A stretch of DNA of 64,000 nucleotides from a virus: the IMG/VR virus record IMGVR_UViG_3300044496_000045, one strand, 5' to 3'. Position numbers and translations under genes: made by a program. The notes under the pieces were generated by a model that searched no databases, was not told the DNA's origin, and saw nothing but the letters and a program-made list of their open reading frames with translations. Below, one piece after another: positions 28,021 to 36,917 of the stretch. Within the stretch, counting starts at the first letter, position 1; each line of letters opens with the position of its first letter.

Positions 28021-29660
28021 GTCGTCGCCTGCAGCGTCCGCGTGCTGATCTTCAACCCCGGCGCCTTCACATACGTGCCGCCGTCTTCGCGCGTGACCAT
28101 GCCCATGCTGACGAACTCGCCGAGGTATTCGCTGAGCCGCGTCGGATGGACGGCGCCGCCCGTGCGTGCAAACTCCTTGATGATCACGCCGGGCTTGATC
28201 GGCGTGTCCATGATGCCGGCGCCGATCATCTTCGCCAGCCGGCCGCGGGGGTTGTCGGTGGAGTAGGCGACTTCCTGGATCACCGATTCGATGATCAGTT
28301 CGGGGCGTTGGGCTTTGATCTTCAGCAGCGCCACCTGGACGTCGGCATCCTGCAGGATCTTCTCGCGCACCTGCTGCAGCCAGTCCGCGGGCAGGCCCAC
28401 AACGTCAGCGCCGACCGGCGGGATCCGCGATCCACGCCCGCTGAAGTCGCGCTGGAAATCCGCCTGTGTCACCTTCGGCGGCATGACGAGCGCAATCGCG
28501 CCATCCTCGTCGAGCGGGCGCCCGTGGAGCGGGGTGGTGCCGGCACGGCGCCCATCACGGAAGGCGTCTTCCATTTCGGCGATGCGCTTGTGCAAGCCGG
28601 CAATCTCCTCGCGCAACCGTTCATTTTCCTCTGCCAACTTCGCGTCCATGGGATCCTCCTGCGGCGCTGGCCGCGACTCATAGAGCTTGGCGCCCTGTGC
28701 AATTTGTTGAGCGGCGCCTTCAGTCAGCCACGTCGGCTGTACATACGTCGTGATCGCCTGCTGCCCCATGCACGCGATGAACTGGCCCAGCCCCAACCCC
28801 GCCACCGCATCGACCTTCGGCTTTTTCACGCCGTGGATGTGCGCGAGCGTCCGCTTGACTTCGTTGATCTCGCGCTGCACGCCGAGTAGCCAGATCTGGA
28901 CTTGCTTGAGTACCGGCGTGTGGACGCCCGCGAGATCCTGCGAATCGATCCAGAGGTAGTTTTTGAGCGCGCCGCCCTTGCGGATGAACAGCTCCGCGGC
29001 GTAGTTCACGGGCGACTTGCGTGCCCGCGGCATGAACTCCCACGCCTCGGGGACGATGACGATCGTGTTGTGGGACGAGCGGTACACGTTCTCCAGGCAA
29101 CTGGCGATGATCAGGCCCTGCATTTCGCTACTGAACGCCGACAGGTCCATCACGTTCGTCAGCGCCGCGGCCCCCTTGGTGAGTGTCAGGGGGCGGAACG
29201 GGCCGATCGCTTTCACCTGCGGGACGATCTTGTCCAGGTAGTGATCAAGCTGGTAGTAGATGTCGGCCGAGAGCCCCTTGGCGGTCGCCATCAGCGTCTT
29301 GACGTTGCGATGCACGTCCGCCAACGTCTCCGCCTTTTTACACGCGCGCATGATCCAGCTCCGCTCGAACTTCATCCGCTCGCGCAGCGTCGCTTCGAGG
29401 ATCGATGACACGTATTCCCAGTTGGCCTGTTCCCGGAAGTACGGCGGCACATCGCGCACCCCGTTCGTAAACCCGCCTTCGCCCCGCTTGGTGACAAAGG
29501 CGAGCACGGCGAAGTCTTCGGGGACACGTGCGGCGCAGGCTTCGAGCGTGGTGGTTTTGCCGGCCTGTTGTGTCTGACCGACGACCGCCATGTGGCCGAC
29601 CGGGATCGCCACGGGATCGCCCGAGGGCACCGCGAAGCCGAGTGGGATCACGGGTGCCAT
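28017..29660 (-). CDS. HerA/FtsK/VirB4-like ATPase with atypical Walker motifs
   Basis: HMAVVGQTQQAGKTTT, VLAFVTKRGE, IVIVPEAWEF, RKGG, WIDSQ, LGLGQF; coiled coil and possible winged helix at the C-terminus. Confidence 0.7.
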   Translation of the reverse strand: MAPVIPLGFAVPSGDPVAIPVGHMAVVGQTQQAGKTTTLEACAARVPEDFAVLAFVTKRGEGGFTNGVRDVPPYFREQANWEYVSSILEATLRERMKFERSWIMRACKKAETLADVHRNVKTLMATAKGLSADIYYQLDHYLDKIVPQVKAIGPFRPLTLTKGAAALTNVMDLSAFSSEMQGLIIASCLENVYRSSHNTIVIVPEAWEFMPRARKSPVNYAAELFIRKGGALKNYLWIDSQDLAGVHTPVLKQVQIWLLGVQREINEVKRTLAHIHGVKKPKVDAVAGLGLGQFIACMGQQAITTYVQPTWLTEGAAQQIAQGAKLYESRPAPQEDPMDAKLAEENERLREEIAGLHKRIAEMEDAFRDGRRAGTTPLHGRPLDEDGAIALVMPPKVTQADFQRDFSGRGSRIPPVGADVVGLPADWLQQVREKILQDADVQVALLKIKAQRPELIIESVIQEVAYSTDNPRGRLAKMIGAGIMDTPIKPGVIIKEFARTGGAVHPTRLSEYLGEFVSMGMVTREDGGTYVKAPGLKISTRTLQATT

Positions 29661-29845
29661 TGGGGCACGCCTTTCGCGCGGAGATCGATCGTGCGTGTCA
29701 CCTTCACCAGCCGGCGCGTATTGTGCCGGTTGTAGGGCTTGTGGAACGTGATCGACGCGCGCTCGCGATCCGTCCACCGGCCGTACTCGACGTAGCGATT
29801 GTTCGCGACGCTCCAGACTTCCAGGACGTAGACGGTGCTGTTCAT
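29648..29845 (-). CDS. Hypothetical protein (65 aa)
   Basis: ATGA overlap with the MazG-like gene. Confidence 0.55.
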   Translation of the reverse strand: MNSTVYVLEVWSVANNRYVEYGRWTDRERASITFHKPYNRHNTRRLVKVTRTIDLRAKGVPQWHP

Positions 29846-30081
29846 GACTGTTTGAACATCCTCAGCGTGTTCCCCAGCCGCGCCATCGCCCCTTCGAGAT
29901 CTTTCATTTCGGCGATGATGTGTGCTTCGTTGTCGTAGTGGCGTCCCGTGTGGGGATCGCGTGCCTGTGCCCCGTACATCTGGAACTTCGTGATCGCCTG
30001 GATCAGCTCGCCGCACTCCTGCATGACGTGCGCGAAGTTGCCGTTGAGATCGTCGGGGGCGGGCAGGTAGCGAATGTCCAT
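29842..30081 (-). CDS. MazG-like nucleotide pyrophosphohydrolase fragment/mini-domain
   Basis: MQECGELIQAITK...IIAEMKDL matches the E..GEL...E..D pattern. Confidence 0.6.
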   Translation of the reverse strand: MDIRYLPAPDDLNGNFAHVMQECGELIQAITKFQMYGAQARDPHTGRHYDNEAHIIAEMKDLEGAMARLGNTLRMFKQS

Positions 30082-30120
30082 CAGGAAACTCCAGGTTGCT
30101 TATAGGAAACGTCCGGTTGC

Positions 30121-30438
30121 CTACGATCCCAATTCCTTCAGCATCGCGTAGATCTCCGCGACGATCTCGCGGTTCAATGGTGTCTCGACGTGATGATTGC
30201 TGTCCGGATAGAACGCGTAGTACCCCCACTGATTGCGATATTCGAGTCGGCCGATCGTGAACTGTCCACGGCGTGCCCAGACGGTGTATGACTGGTAGCC
30301 CATAACGGTGCCCCGCTGCGAGAAGCGCAGCATGCGGCCTTCCTTGCCCGCCGGCTGACTACGCACGAATGGACGGCGGCGTGCCCACCACTCGGTGAGA
30401 TCCTGCCGCCACCATCCAAGGATCATCCGCAGGGTCAT
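30121..30438 (-). CDS. Hypothetical protein
   Basis: ATGA overlap; 105 aa. Confidence 0.6.
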   Translation of the reverse strand: MTLRMILGWWRQDLTEWWARRRPFVRSQPAGKEGRMLRFSQRGTVMGYQSYTVWARRGQFTIGRLEYRNQWGYYAFYPDSNHHVETPLNREIVAEIYAMLKELGS

Positions 30439-30776
30439 AACGCCTCCAACGCCTTGCGCACGAGTGCGACATCTTCCGCCCGACGTAGGATCGCGACCGT
30501 CCCCTGCTCGTCAGCAAACTTGCGCAGCTTGGTTTCGATCAGCGTCAGCTCGGCGATCGCAATCTCCAGCGGCGTCGGTGGCATGACGATCAACGTGGGG
30601 AGCAACAGGGGCTCCCGTGGCTGGCCCATGTACTCCCCCGGTCGTGTCGTCAATGGGAAGTCTTCGGACGTGCCAATCGCTTCGGGGATCCCTTCCACAG
30701 GCGGATCGCCCCCGGTGATCTTCCGCAGGATCTCCCCCGTCGACAGCTTGCCGCCCGTGCCGTAGTGATCGCTCAC
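30435..30776 (-). CDS. Hypothetical protein
   Basis: GTGA-coupled start (MSDHYGTGG...). Confidence 0.6.
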   Translation of the reverse strand: MSDHYGTGGKLSTGEILRKITGGDPPVEGIPEAIGTSEDFPLTTRPGEYMGQPREPLLLPTLIVMPPTPLEIAIAELTLIETKLRKFADEQGTVAILRRAEDVALVRKALEAL

Positions 30777-31057
30777 GGCGTCTCCAGGCGGCGATCCAGC
30801 TCGGGCGGGATCCAATTGGGCGCACTCCGTTGTGTCCGCACGGCCTCGTGCAGCATTGCGCGGAACTGCTCGCCCGGCGTCCGGTTGTGGATGGCCGCGA
30901 TGTACTTCAGCTCGGCCAGTTCAGACGTGAACAGCTTGAGCGTGAACGTCTCGCCGCGCTGATCATGGGACCGCGGATCGACACGCGCCGATCGCGGCGT
31001 GCCGGTGTCGCGACGCTGACGGAGCGTGCGGCCTTGCGCGTGGGTGCGGACGCTCAC
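30773..31057 (-). CDS. Ribbon-helix-helix-like DNA-binding protein
   Basis: TFTLKL..ELAELKYIAAIHNRTPGEQFRAMLHEAV resembles the Arc/MetJ pattern. Confidence 0.5.
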   Translation of the reverse strand: MSVRTHAQGRTLRQRRDTGTPRSARVDPRSHDQRGETFTLKLFTSELAELKYIAAIHNRTPGEQFRAMLHEAVRTQRSAPNWIPPELDRRLETP

Positions 31058-31527
31058 GGCTTCGGCGCCTCTGTCTTCGCGAGGGCCTTGCGCACCGTCT
31101 CAGCGCCGTCGATCCGATGCGCCTTCAGCCAGCGATCGAGTGCCTTCTGCGCGTCGCGCTGCGCTTTGATCAGCGCCTTGTAGTCGGCCTGCTCCGCAGC
31201 GGTCAACACGCGCAACATCTTCTCGGTGCTCGAATACTTGTACATCTGCTGGATGCCCTTGCGGTTGGGCAGCTTGTACAGCAGATTGCCGTTGCTCTGA
31301 TGGAAGCCGGTCAGCGTGATCGGGATCAGCTCGTCGCCGTCGATCAGCACCGCCGAGATCGCGACGCGCACGCTGTCACGCGTCATCTGTGTCAGGCGGG
31401 CGATCAGGGCCGCCTTGGTCGTCGACTCGACGGTGTCCCCGTCCCACTCCGTGCGGAACATGCCGGTGGCCGGCAGAACTTCGATCTCGAACTTAACCCC
31501 GTTGATGGTCTGGGTTCCAATTTTCAC
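31054..31527 (-). CDS. Hypothetical protein (157 aa)
   Basis: GGAGGAG RBS, ATG. Confidence 0.7.
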   Translation of the reverse strand: MKIGTQTINGVKFEIEVLPATGMFRTEWDGDTVESTTKAALIARLTQMTRDSVRVAISAVLIDGDELIPITLTGFHQSNGNLLYKLPNRKGIQQMYKYSSTEKMLRVLTAAEQADYKALIKAQRDAQKALDRWLKAHRIDGAETVRKALAKTEAPKP

Positions 31528-31756
31528 GGTACTGCTCCTCCTCCATGGGCGTCGCTTCCGTCAGCCCCAGCCGCTGTGCCTGCGTGTGGCCCGCCCAGTT
31601 CTTTACGTCCCACTGCTCCTGCGAATAGACGTTGCTCCACCGGGGGAAGCGACGATCCATCAGCATGGATGCCGCCTCCCGTGTCTCCGCTTCGAGTACG
31701 ACATAGCGGCTGCCCAGCGATGTGCTGACGCCGAAGGTGCCGTACCACCGAGGCAT
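31493..31756 (-). CDS. Hypothetical phage protein (87 aa)
   Basis: WYGTFG...YVVLEA...RRFPRWSNVYS; RBS present. Confidence 0.65.
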   Translation of the reverse strand: MPRWYGTFGVSTSLGSRYVVLEAETREAASMLMDRRFPRWSNVYSQEQWDVKNWAGHTQAQRLGLTEATPMEEEQYRENWNPDHQRG

Positions 31757-31774
31757 GTGATCTCCCTGCTGCGC

Positions 31775-32203
31775 TTACCGCTCGCTGACGCGGCCGGCGT
31801 TGTCTGTCTCGGGCTGCCGATCCGCCACCGCCCGCGGGAACGGCGCGTTGCCCACGGCCTCCACCAGCCCGTCGCCCAGCACGCGGCCCACTTCCAGCTC
31901 CGCCGCCGGCAGGCTTTCAACCGGTTCGTAGTACTCGTCGAAGATCGCCGCTTTGGTGATCGCCACGCGCCCGCTCGGATAGCGCACGATCCAGTCGTCG
32001 ATCTCCGCAAACTGCAGCTCGTGCTGGAGGCCATACGAATTGCGGCCCTGCGGCTCGACCTTGATCCCGACATTCTTCTCGCCCTCCACCCACAGGGGCG
32101 AGGCCGGCGCGATCAACACCTGGACGGCCGTGATGTTGATCCCGGTCCACTGGACGGCTTGCACCGTCACCACACGTGTGCGATAGCTCTGGATTGCGCG
32201 CAT
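31775..32203 (-). CDS. Conserved phage hypothetical protein
   Basis: VQAVQWTG.N...DDWIVR...IFDEYYEPV pattern; GGAGGAGG RBS. Confidence 0.75.
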   Translation of the reverse strand: MRAIQSYRTRVVTVQAVQWTGINITAVQVLIAPASPLWVEGEKNVGIKVEPQGRNSYGLQHELQFAEIDDWIVRYPSGRVAITKAAIFDEYYEPVESLPAAELEVGRVLGDGLVEAVGNAPFPRAVADRQPETDNAGRVSER

Positions 32204-32335
32204 CGATCCTCCTCCGGGGGGCGGAACTGCCCCACGTTTGTTCGAGCTGTACCAACCAATGCCGGGTGTCGAGCCGGCGATCCGCCACTTCGATCAACCA
32301 CTGCCCAATGCGTCTGCAGGCCAACCACCCCAGCG

Positions 32336-32758
32336 TCACGGCGTGGCCGTAATCGATCGCGCCAGCCGTCGCAGCTCGCCGACCGTGAACCGGCAGCGGT
32401 ACTCGCGCTTGACCGTCCAGGATCCCGTCGCCTTGCTGTCGGTGATCCGCTGGCTGTCGCCGCCCTTGGTGAACGCCAGGGCTTCGATCTTCGGTGCCAC
32501 GCGATCCTGCAGCAGCTCGATATCGATCTCGATTTCCATGTCGTCGGTCAGCGGGACGTCGGCTGCCGCCGCTCGTGCTGTGCCTTCAGCCATCGTCGTT
32601 CCTTCCAGGACCAATCCGATCCCGTGCATGTCGATCGTCGGTGTCTCGCGCCCGCGCTCGGCGTGAAACGCCTGATGATAGTCAGCCGCCCGCAGCTTCT
32701 GCGCAATCTCGTCGTAGGTGGCGCGGCTGACGGCTAGCTCGGCGTAGGTGTAGGTCAT
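32336..32758 (-). CDS. Hypothetical protein (140 aa)
   Basis: MTYTYAELAVS..YDEIAQKL...IDMHGIGLV. Confidence 0.7.
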   Translation of the reverse strand: MTYTYAELAVSRATYDEIAQKLRAADYHQAFHAERGRETPTIDMHGIGLVLEGTTMAEGTARAAAADVPLTDDMEIEIDIELLQDRVAPKIEALAFTKGGDSQRITDSKATGSWTVKREYRCRFTVGELRRLARSITATP

Positions 32759-32768
32759 GGGCGGGATC

Positions 32769-33155
32769 CTATACCTTCCCCTGATAGATCGCCCGTGGGA
32801 TCCAGATCACCACGCCGATGTTCCGCGCCGTCTCCGGATCCAGCGCATCGCCCGGTGTGAAATTCTCCGCGCTCGTCAGGAACGTCACGCGCGTCGCCAG
32901 CGGCTTGCCCTTGGCGATCTGCGCGCCCGTCAGACACTCCCCAATGATCTGCAGGTTGGCGATCGGCAGCGCCCGGCGGATGGTGCTGCCCAGCAATTGC
33001 GGATCCTCTGGCGTGCGCGCCTCGCGCACCGCCACGCAATCCAGATGCTGACACGACTCCTCGGGCTCACTATGGCCGCCGTCGTACCTCGGATGCCCCG
33101 AGTGGTGAACGTAGCTGGCCATGTTGTACGCCAGCTCCAGCACCCGCGCGTTCAT
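32769..33155 (-). CDS. Hypothetical protein
   Basis: ATGA-coupled start MNARVLEL; H/C-rich N-terminus. Confidence 0.6.
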   Translation of the reverse strand: MNARVLELAYNMASYVHHSGHPRYDGGHSEPEESCQHLDCVAVREARTPEDPQLLGSTIRRALPIANLQIIGECLTGAQIAKGKPLATRVTFLTSAENFTPGDALDPETARNIGVVIWIPRAIYQGKV

Positions 33156-33460
33156 GACTCCTCCTCCGCGGCACACCACAGTTCCTGGAGCCGCGGCAGG
33201 CTTGTCCCGGCCGCCACGGCAACCAATTTCAAGATCCCGGTCTGCTGCTTGAACAGCACGAGCGATCGAAAGCTCTCGTGCCAGTTCATGAGCGCGCGTG
33301 CCGGCACCTGTTCGATCCCGAGCGCCACCGCCCCGGCGGCTTTGCCGTCACTGCCGTATTTCTGCACAAGCGCCCGAATCGTGAACGGGCAGCCACGGTC
33401 GTGATCCGTGCCCGCTGCGGGGCCGTCGCAGATCGCACACGGTGTCCAGATCGGGCTCAT
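33152..33460 (-). CDS. Hypothetical protein with N-terminal CxxC...HxxxC
   Basis: MSPIWTPCAICDG...HDRGCPF; ATGA overlap. Confidence 0.6.
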   Translation of the reverse strand: MSPIWTPCAICDGPAAGTDHDRGCPFTIRALVQKYGSDGKAAGAVALGIEQVPARALMNWHESFRSLVLFKQQTGILKLVAVAAGTSLPRLQELWCAAEEES

Positions 33461-33663
33461 ACTTCCTCCGCCAGCCGCGCTTCCAACCGCCGGATCGTCT
33501 CCAGCGCATCCACTTCGTTGTCGATCGTCTTCACGACGGCCCCCGGACACACTTCCACCACGCGCCACCACTGCCCTGGATATCGCTGTGTCAGCAGCTC
33601 CAGCAAGCGCGTAAAGGTCGCCTCGGTGATCGGCGGCGTCTCCATCTTTTTCGTGTGTCTCAT
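33457..33663 (-). CDS. Hypothetical protein (68 aa)
   Basis: Coupled to the downstream gene. Confidence 0.6.
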   Translation of the reverse strand: MRHTKKMETPPITEATFTRLLELLTQRYPGQWWRVVEVCPGAVVKTIDNEVDALETIRRLEARLAEEV

Positions 33664-33680
33664 GGCTCTGTACTATCTAT

Positions 33681-33800
33681 CTACTGAGTACACACCGCTG
33701 CGCAGATCCGTGCCCCGATCGCGATGCCTGCCGCGAGGCACACCACCGCGAGACTGATGATCTCGACGGCAATGGCCAGTCGTTCGCTTTTGCGGATCAT
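33681..33800 (-). CDS. Small membrane peptide (39 aa)
   Basis: MIRKSERLAIAVEIISLAVVCLAAGIAIG...; ATGA overlap. Confidence 0.5.
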   Translation of the reverse strand: MIRKSERLAIAVEIISLAVVCLAAGIAIGARICAAVCTQ

Positions 33801-33883
33801 GATCGCTGCCCTCCCCACACGTCGAGCGCGACGGTGATCGCGCCCACCGCAATCACCGCCCAGCACAGGATCTCTACAGCCAT
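33797..33883 (-). CDS. Small membrane peptide (28 aa)
   Basis: MAVEILCWAVIAVGAITVALDVWGGQRS; overlaps the helicase stop. Confidence 0.45.
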   Translation of the reverse strand: MAVEILCWAVIAVGAITVALDVWGGQRS

Positions 33884-35427
33884 GGCTGCACCCGCGGATC
33901 GATCCGGCACCGCTCAATGAACCCGCGCTGATCGCCGACGATGCGCAGCCCTTCGATCGTTCTGGCCCGCGACAGCGCGACGAACAGCATGCCCGGCTGT
34001 CTGAAAAACGGATCCCGAATGTTCACCTGCACGCGATCCAACGTCAGCCCCTGCGTCTTATGGACCGTGCAGCCGTACGCCGCGCGCAGCGGCATGTAGG
34101 TGATCACGCCGACGATCTCACTCTTCCCCTTCCCCTTCTCGGTGATGACTTCCTCGATCGAGGGGATGGTGCCCGCCCTCACGGCCGCGACCAATTCCTT
34201 CCGGCGTCCAGGCTCCAGGGGGATCGTGTTCTCGCGCCGCACCGGGAGCACACGCACGACTCCGCCGGTCCGCTGGAGCTGGACCATCCAGCCACTGGCG
34301 CCGTCATGGGGCAGCAGTGTGCCGAGATCACCGTTGGCGTAGATCAATCGCCCGCGCTCGTCGTATTCGTCTTCATACTCGCGACGGTTCGCCAGGATCA
34401 TCACGAGCGCACCGGGCTTCAGCTTCAGCTCGTCCGGAACCAGCTTCCAGTCGCCGCGCTGCTTGCCCTGTCGAATCGTCCGGGCGCTCAGCGCCGCACC
34501 GGTCAGTCGATCCATGCGCAGCATGTTGTACCGATCGACTTCGGCATTCTTCGCGAAGATTGTTGTGCCCTCGAAGCTGTCATCCATCTGTGGACTGAAC
34601 CGCTGGGGCGTGAAGAACGCCAGCGCCGGGGCGACCAACCCCTTGCGGATCGCATGCAAGGCGCCGATGAAATCCTGCGCGTCTTGTCGGTAGATCTTCT
34701 GCAGAATCGTGCGATGTTCTGAGAACGCCGGCCACTCGGGCGAGTCGAAAGCAAATTCGATCGGGATCTTTTTCCCGGTGTGCTGATCCTCGTCGGGCAC
34801 GGGTGGGAGCTGGCCGAAGTCGCCGACCAACGTCAACCCGAGCGGCGGCAGATCCTGTTCCTTCTCCGGCAGGGGAGTCGGATCATCCTCGTTCTCGCCG
34901 ACGCCGACTGTTTCGAGCGCGTAGACGCCGCCCTCATTGACTTCGCGGACGGCGCGCGCCAGCGGCGTCAACTGCTGTCCGGCCATCATGGATTTTTCAT
35001 CGATCAGAATGCGCTGCACGCCCGCTCGGCGATGCTTGCGGATGATCGCCTGCAGGTAGCCGGCGGTGTAGGCGTCGATCAAACTTTTGGTATCGAAGTA
35101 TCGCAGCAGCGCATTGATCGTGGTGCCCTCTCCCAGGTTCACACTCGCGATCCCCGTCGTCGCGGCCAGCACCACGCCGCGGTGGGCCTCCACGATCTGC
35201 TTGGCGACGAATGTCTTCCCGACCCCCGCCGTCCCGCTGATGTCGGTGTACAGGTGCTCGCCGCAATCGGCGATCGCCTTCTGCTGATCGGCGTCGAGCA
35301 CGATGGGAGGCGTCGGCGCCGTCCACTCGTACTCCGATTCATCCTGATAGTTGGGATCGGGCGTGCCGTCCTGTAGCTGTTCCAGGATGACCGCATCGTC
35401 GAGCGCGTTGTCGTGGGGATCGTTCAT
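33874..35427 (-). CDS. Pif1/RecD-like SF1B helicase
   Basis: GTAGVGKT, ILIDEKSM, VGDFGQLPPV, LQKIYRQ, PLRAAYGCTVHKTQGLTLD, VALSRAR. Confidence 0.92.
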   Translation of the reverse strand: MNDPHDNALDDAVILEQLQDGTPDPNYQDESEYEWTAPTPPIVLDADQQKAIADCGEHLYTDISGTAGVGKTFVAKQIVEAHRGVVLAATTGIASVNLGEGTTINALLRYFDTKSLIDAYTAGYLQAIIRKHRRAGVQRILIDEKSMMAGQQLTPLARAVREVNEGGVYALETVGVGENEDDPTPLPEKEQDLPPLGLTLVGDFGQLPPVPDEDQHTGKKIPIEFAFDSPEWPAFSEHRTILQKIYRQDAQDFIGALHAIRKGLVAPALAFFTPQRFSPQMDDSFEGTTIFAKNAEVDRYNMLRMDRLTGAALSARTIRQGKQRGDWKLVPDELKLKPGALVMILANRREYEDEYDERGRLIYANGDLGTLLPHDGASGWMVQLQRTGGVVRVLPVRRENTIPLEPGRRKELVAAVRAGTIPSIEEVITEKGKGKSEIVGVITYMPLRAAYGCTVHKTQGLTLDRVQVNIRDPFFRQPGMLFVALSRARTIEGLRIVGDQRGFIERCRIDPRVQPWL

Positions 35428-35465
35428 CGCCTCCTCCTCCTCGGCAGAGTGTACCCTGCCGTCAC

Positions 35466-35666
35466 CTAATAGAAATACACGTTCCGACAGTCGGCGTCAA
35501 CACGATAGTAGTGACAGCTTGCACGGCGTGGCACAGGAAGATTTACCCTGATCGAGTGTCCACTACGCAGCGTGGGGTTGAGCACGGTTCGCTGCAACGC
35601 GGTGTCGTGCGCTTGCGCCCAGTCACGCGGGGGGCCATCCACGCTGAATCGTGGTACCGCCCCCAT
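35466..35666 (-). CDS. Possible hypothetical protein (66 aa)
   Basis: GGAG RBS before ATG; fills the gap. Confidence 0.35.
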   Translation of the reverse strand: MGAVPRFSVDGPPRDWAQAHDTALQRTVLNPTLRSGHSIRVNLPVPRRASCHYYRVDADCRNVYFY

Positions 35667-35682
35667 CCACTCCGTGAGCGGC

Positions 35683-35985
35683 TTAGCGGTTCCCACGCTG
35701 TTCCTCCTGGGCCAGAATCGCCCGCACATCCGCCGCGGTCAGCGTCGCTCGTTCCAGATCGAACGCCTTCTGGCCCTTCGGCGTATCACTGACCTTGAAG
35801 CTGACCCCATCGCCCTCTTCCAGTTCATCGAACAGCGCATTCGGGATACACGCGGTTCGGTGCAGGAAGTACTCGTTGCCCTCGGCATCCCGAATGAACC
35901 CGAAGCCTTTGGCACGCGTCGTCTGCATCCGGACGATCGCCCCGATCGCCCGGCCTTCGACTGTTTTTGTCACCTGTGTCGCCAT
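35683..35985 (-). CDS. Cold-shock domain protein
   Basis: KGFGFI..AEGNEYFLHRTA...FDELEEGDGVSFKV..TPKGQKA. Confidence 0.9.
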   Translation of the reverse strand: MATQVTKTVEGRAIGAIVRMQTTRAKGFGFIRDAEGNEYFLHRTACIPNALFDELEEGDGVSFKVSDTPKGQKAFDLERATLTAADVRAILAQEEQRGNR

Positions 35986-35987
35986 GA

Positions 35988-36509
35988 TTAGTGACGCTCC
36001 GGATCGTCACCGCCGCTACCGGCGGCATCTGCGGCGGCCGATTCGCCGTCCAATCGATCGGCGGTTTGCTGATCTGCCTCCGCTTGGGGATCGTGCCCCA
36101 GTGGTCCCGATGCCGGCGGGATCGGCACATTCTGGCCCTGTCCCTCGGGCGTGTTCAACTCGGCCTCGTTCGGCGCGTGTTGGTGGCCGACGACGACCAT
36201 CGACATGGCCGGCTGTCCCGCCATGAGCTGCACCGGCGCCGTCAGGGTCACGGTGATCTGAATCAGCCCCACCGGCTGCCCCGGCGCCGGATTGAGGATC
36301 GGTTCCACCTTTGTGACTTCGTACACGAGATCATGGGGCGGGTGCCACAGGATCAAATCGTGTTCTTTAATCGCGGTGGCGAATCGATCGAGCGGCGCCG
36401 CCTTCCCCGAGGCAAAGTCCTGGGCGAAGGCCGCGAGCTTGGCCCGCATCTGCGTGACAAACTGCTGCTGCGCCGCAAGCTGCTGCCGCGCGCGTTCGTT
36501 CCGGTCCAT
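35988..36509 (-). CDS. Hypothetical protein (173 aa)
   Basis: Long ORF in the operon direction. Confidence 0.7.
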   Translation of the reverse strand: MDRNERARQQLAAQQQFVTQMRAKLAAFAQDFASGKAAPLDRFATAIKEHDLILWHPPHDLVYEVTKVEPILNPAPGQPVGLIQITVTLTAPVQLMAGQPAMSMVVVGHQHAPNEAELNTPEGQGQNVPIPPASGPLGHDPQAEADQQTADRLDGESAAADAAGSGGDDPERH

Positions 36510-36512
36510 GGC

Positions 36513-36917
36513 CTAGTCCGTAGGCGGCGGCAGGTTCGCCAGATCGATCCCGGACGGGACCGGCGCCAACGGTGCGGTCGCCGATGCGGCTGCTGTATCG
36601 GCCACAGGCGGCCGTGCGCCGGCTCCACGCCGCCGCCGTGTCTTCGGCGCCTCTACGACGCCCACAGGGCCAGTCGTGCCTGCAGCAGGCGTGGTGGTGG
36701 CGGTGGTGGCCGCGGTCGCGCCCGGCAGGGCCTCCTGGCGCGGCTTGCGCTCGCGCCGCTTCCGAGGCTTCGGCAGGCTCGGCTGCACGAGCCCGGCCGC
36801 CTCACGACTCGCGACGATGGCCTTGGCGGTATCGAGCGCCTGCTTGGCTTCCGCGATCGGGGCGGACATGAAGAAATTGACGATCAACATCGTCGGGGAC
36901 GTGGTGCGCCGTGGCAT
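36513..36917 (-). CDS. Basic Pro/Ala-rich hypothetical protein (134 aa)
   Basis: AGAGGAG RBS; KPRKRRERKPR and KTRRRR basic patches. Confidence 0.7.
   Translation of the reverse strand: MPRRTTSPTMLIVNFFMSAPIAEAKQALDTAKAIVASREAAGLVQPSLPKPRKRRERKPRQEALPGATAATTATTTPAAGTTGPVGVVEAPKTRRRRGAGARPPVADTAAASATAPLAPVPSGIDLANLPPPTD

Noticed and set aside
35486-35502. CCGAC-A-GTCGG palindrome and GTCAA half-site as another operator
   Set aside because: No TTGAC at N4 spacing; single occurrence; could be chance
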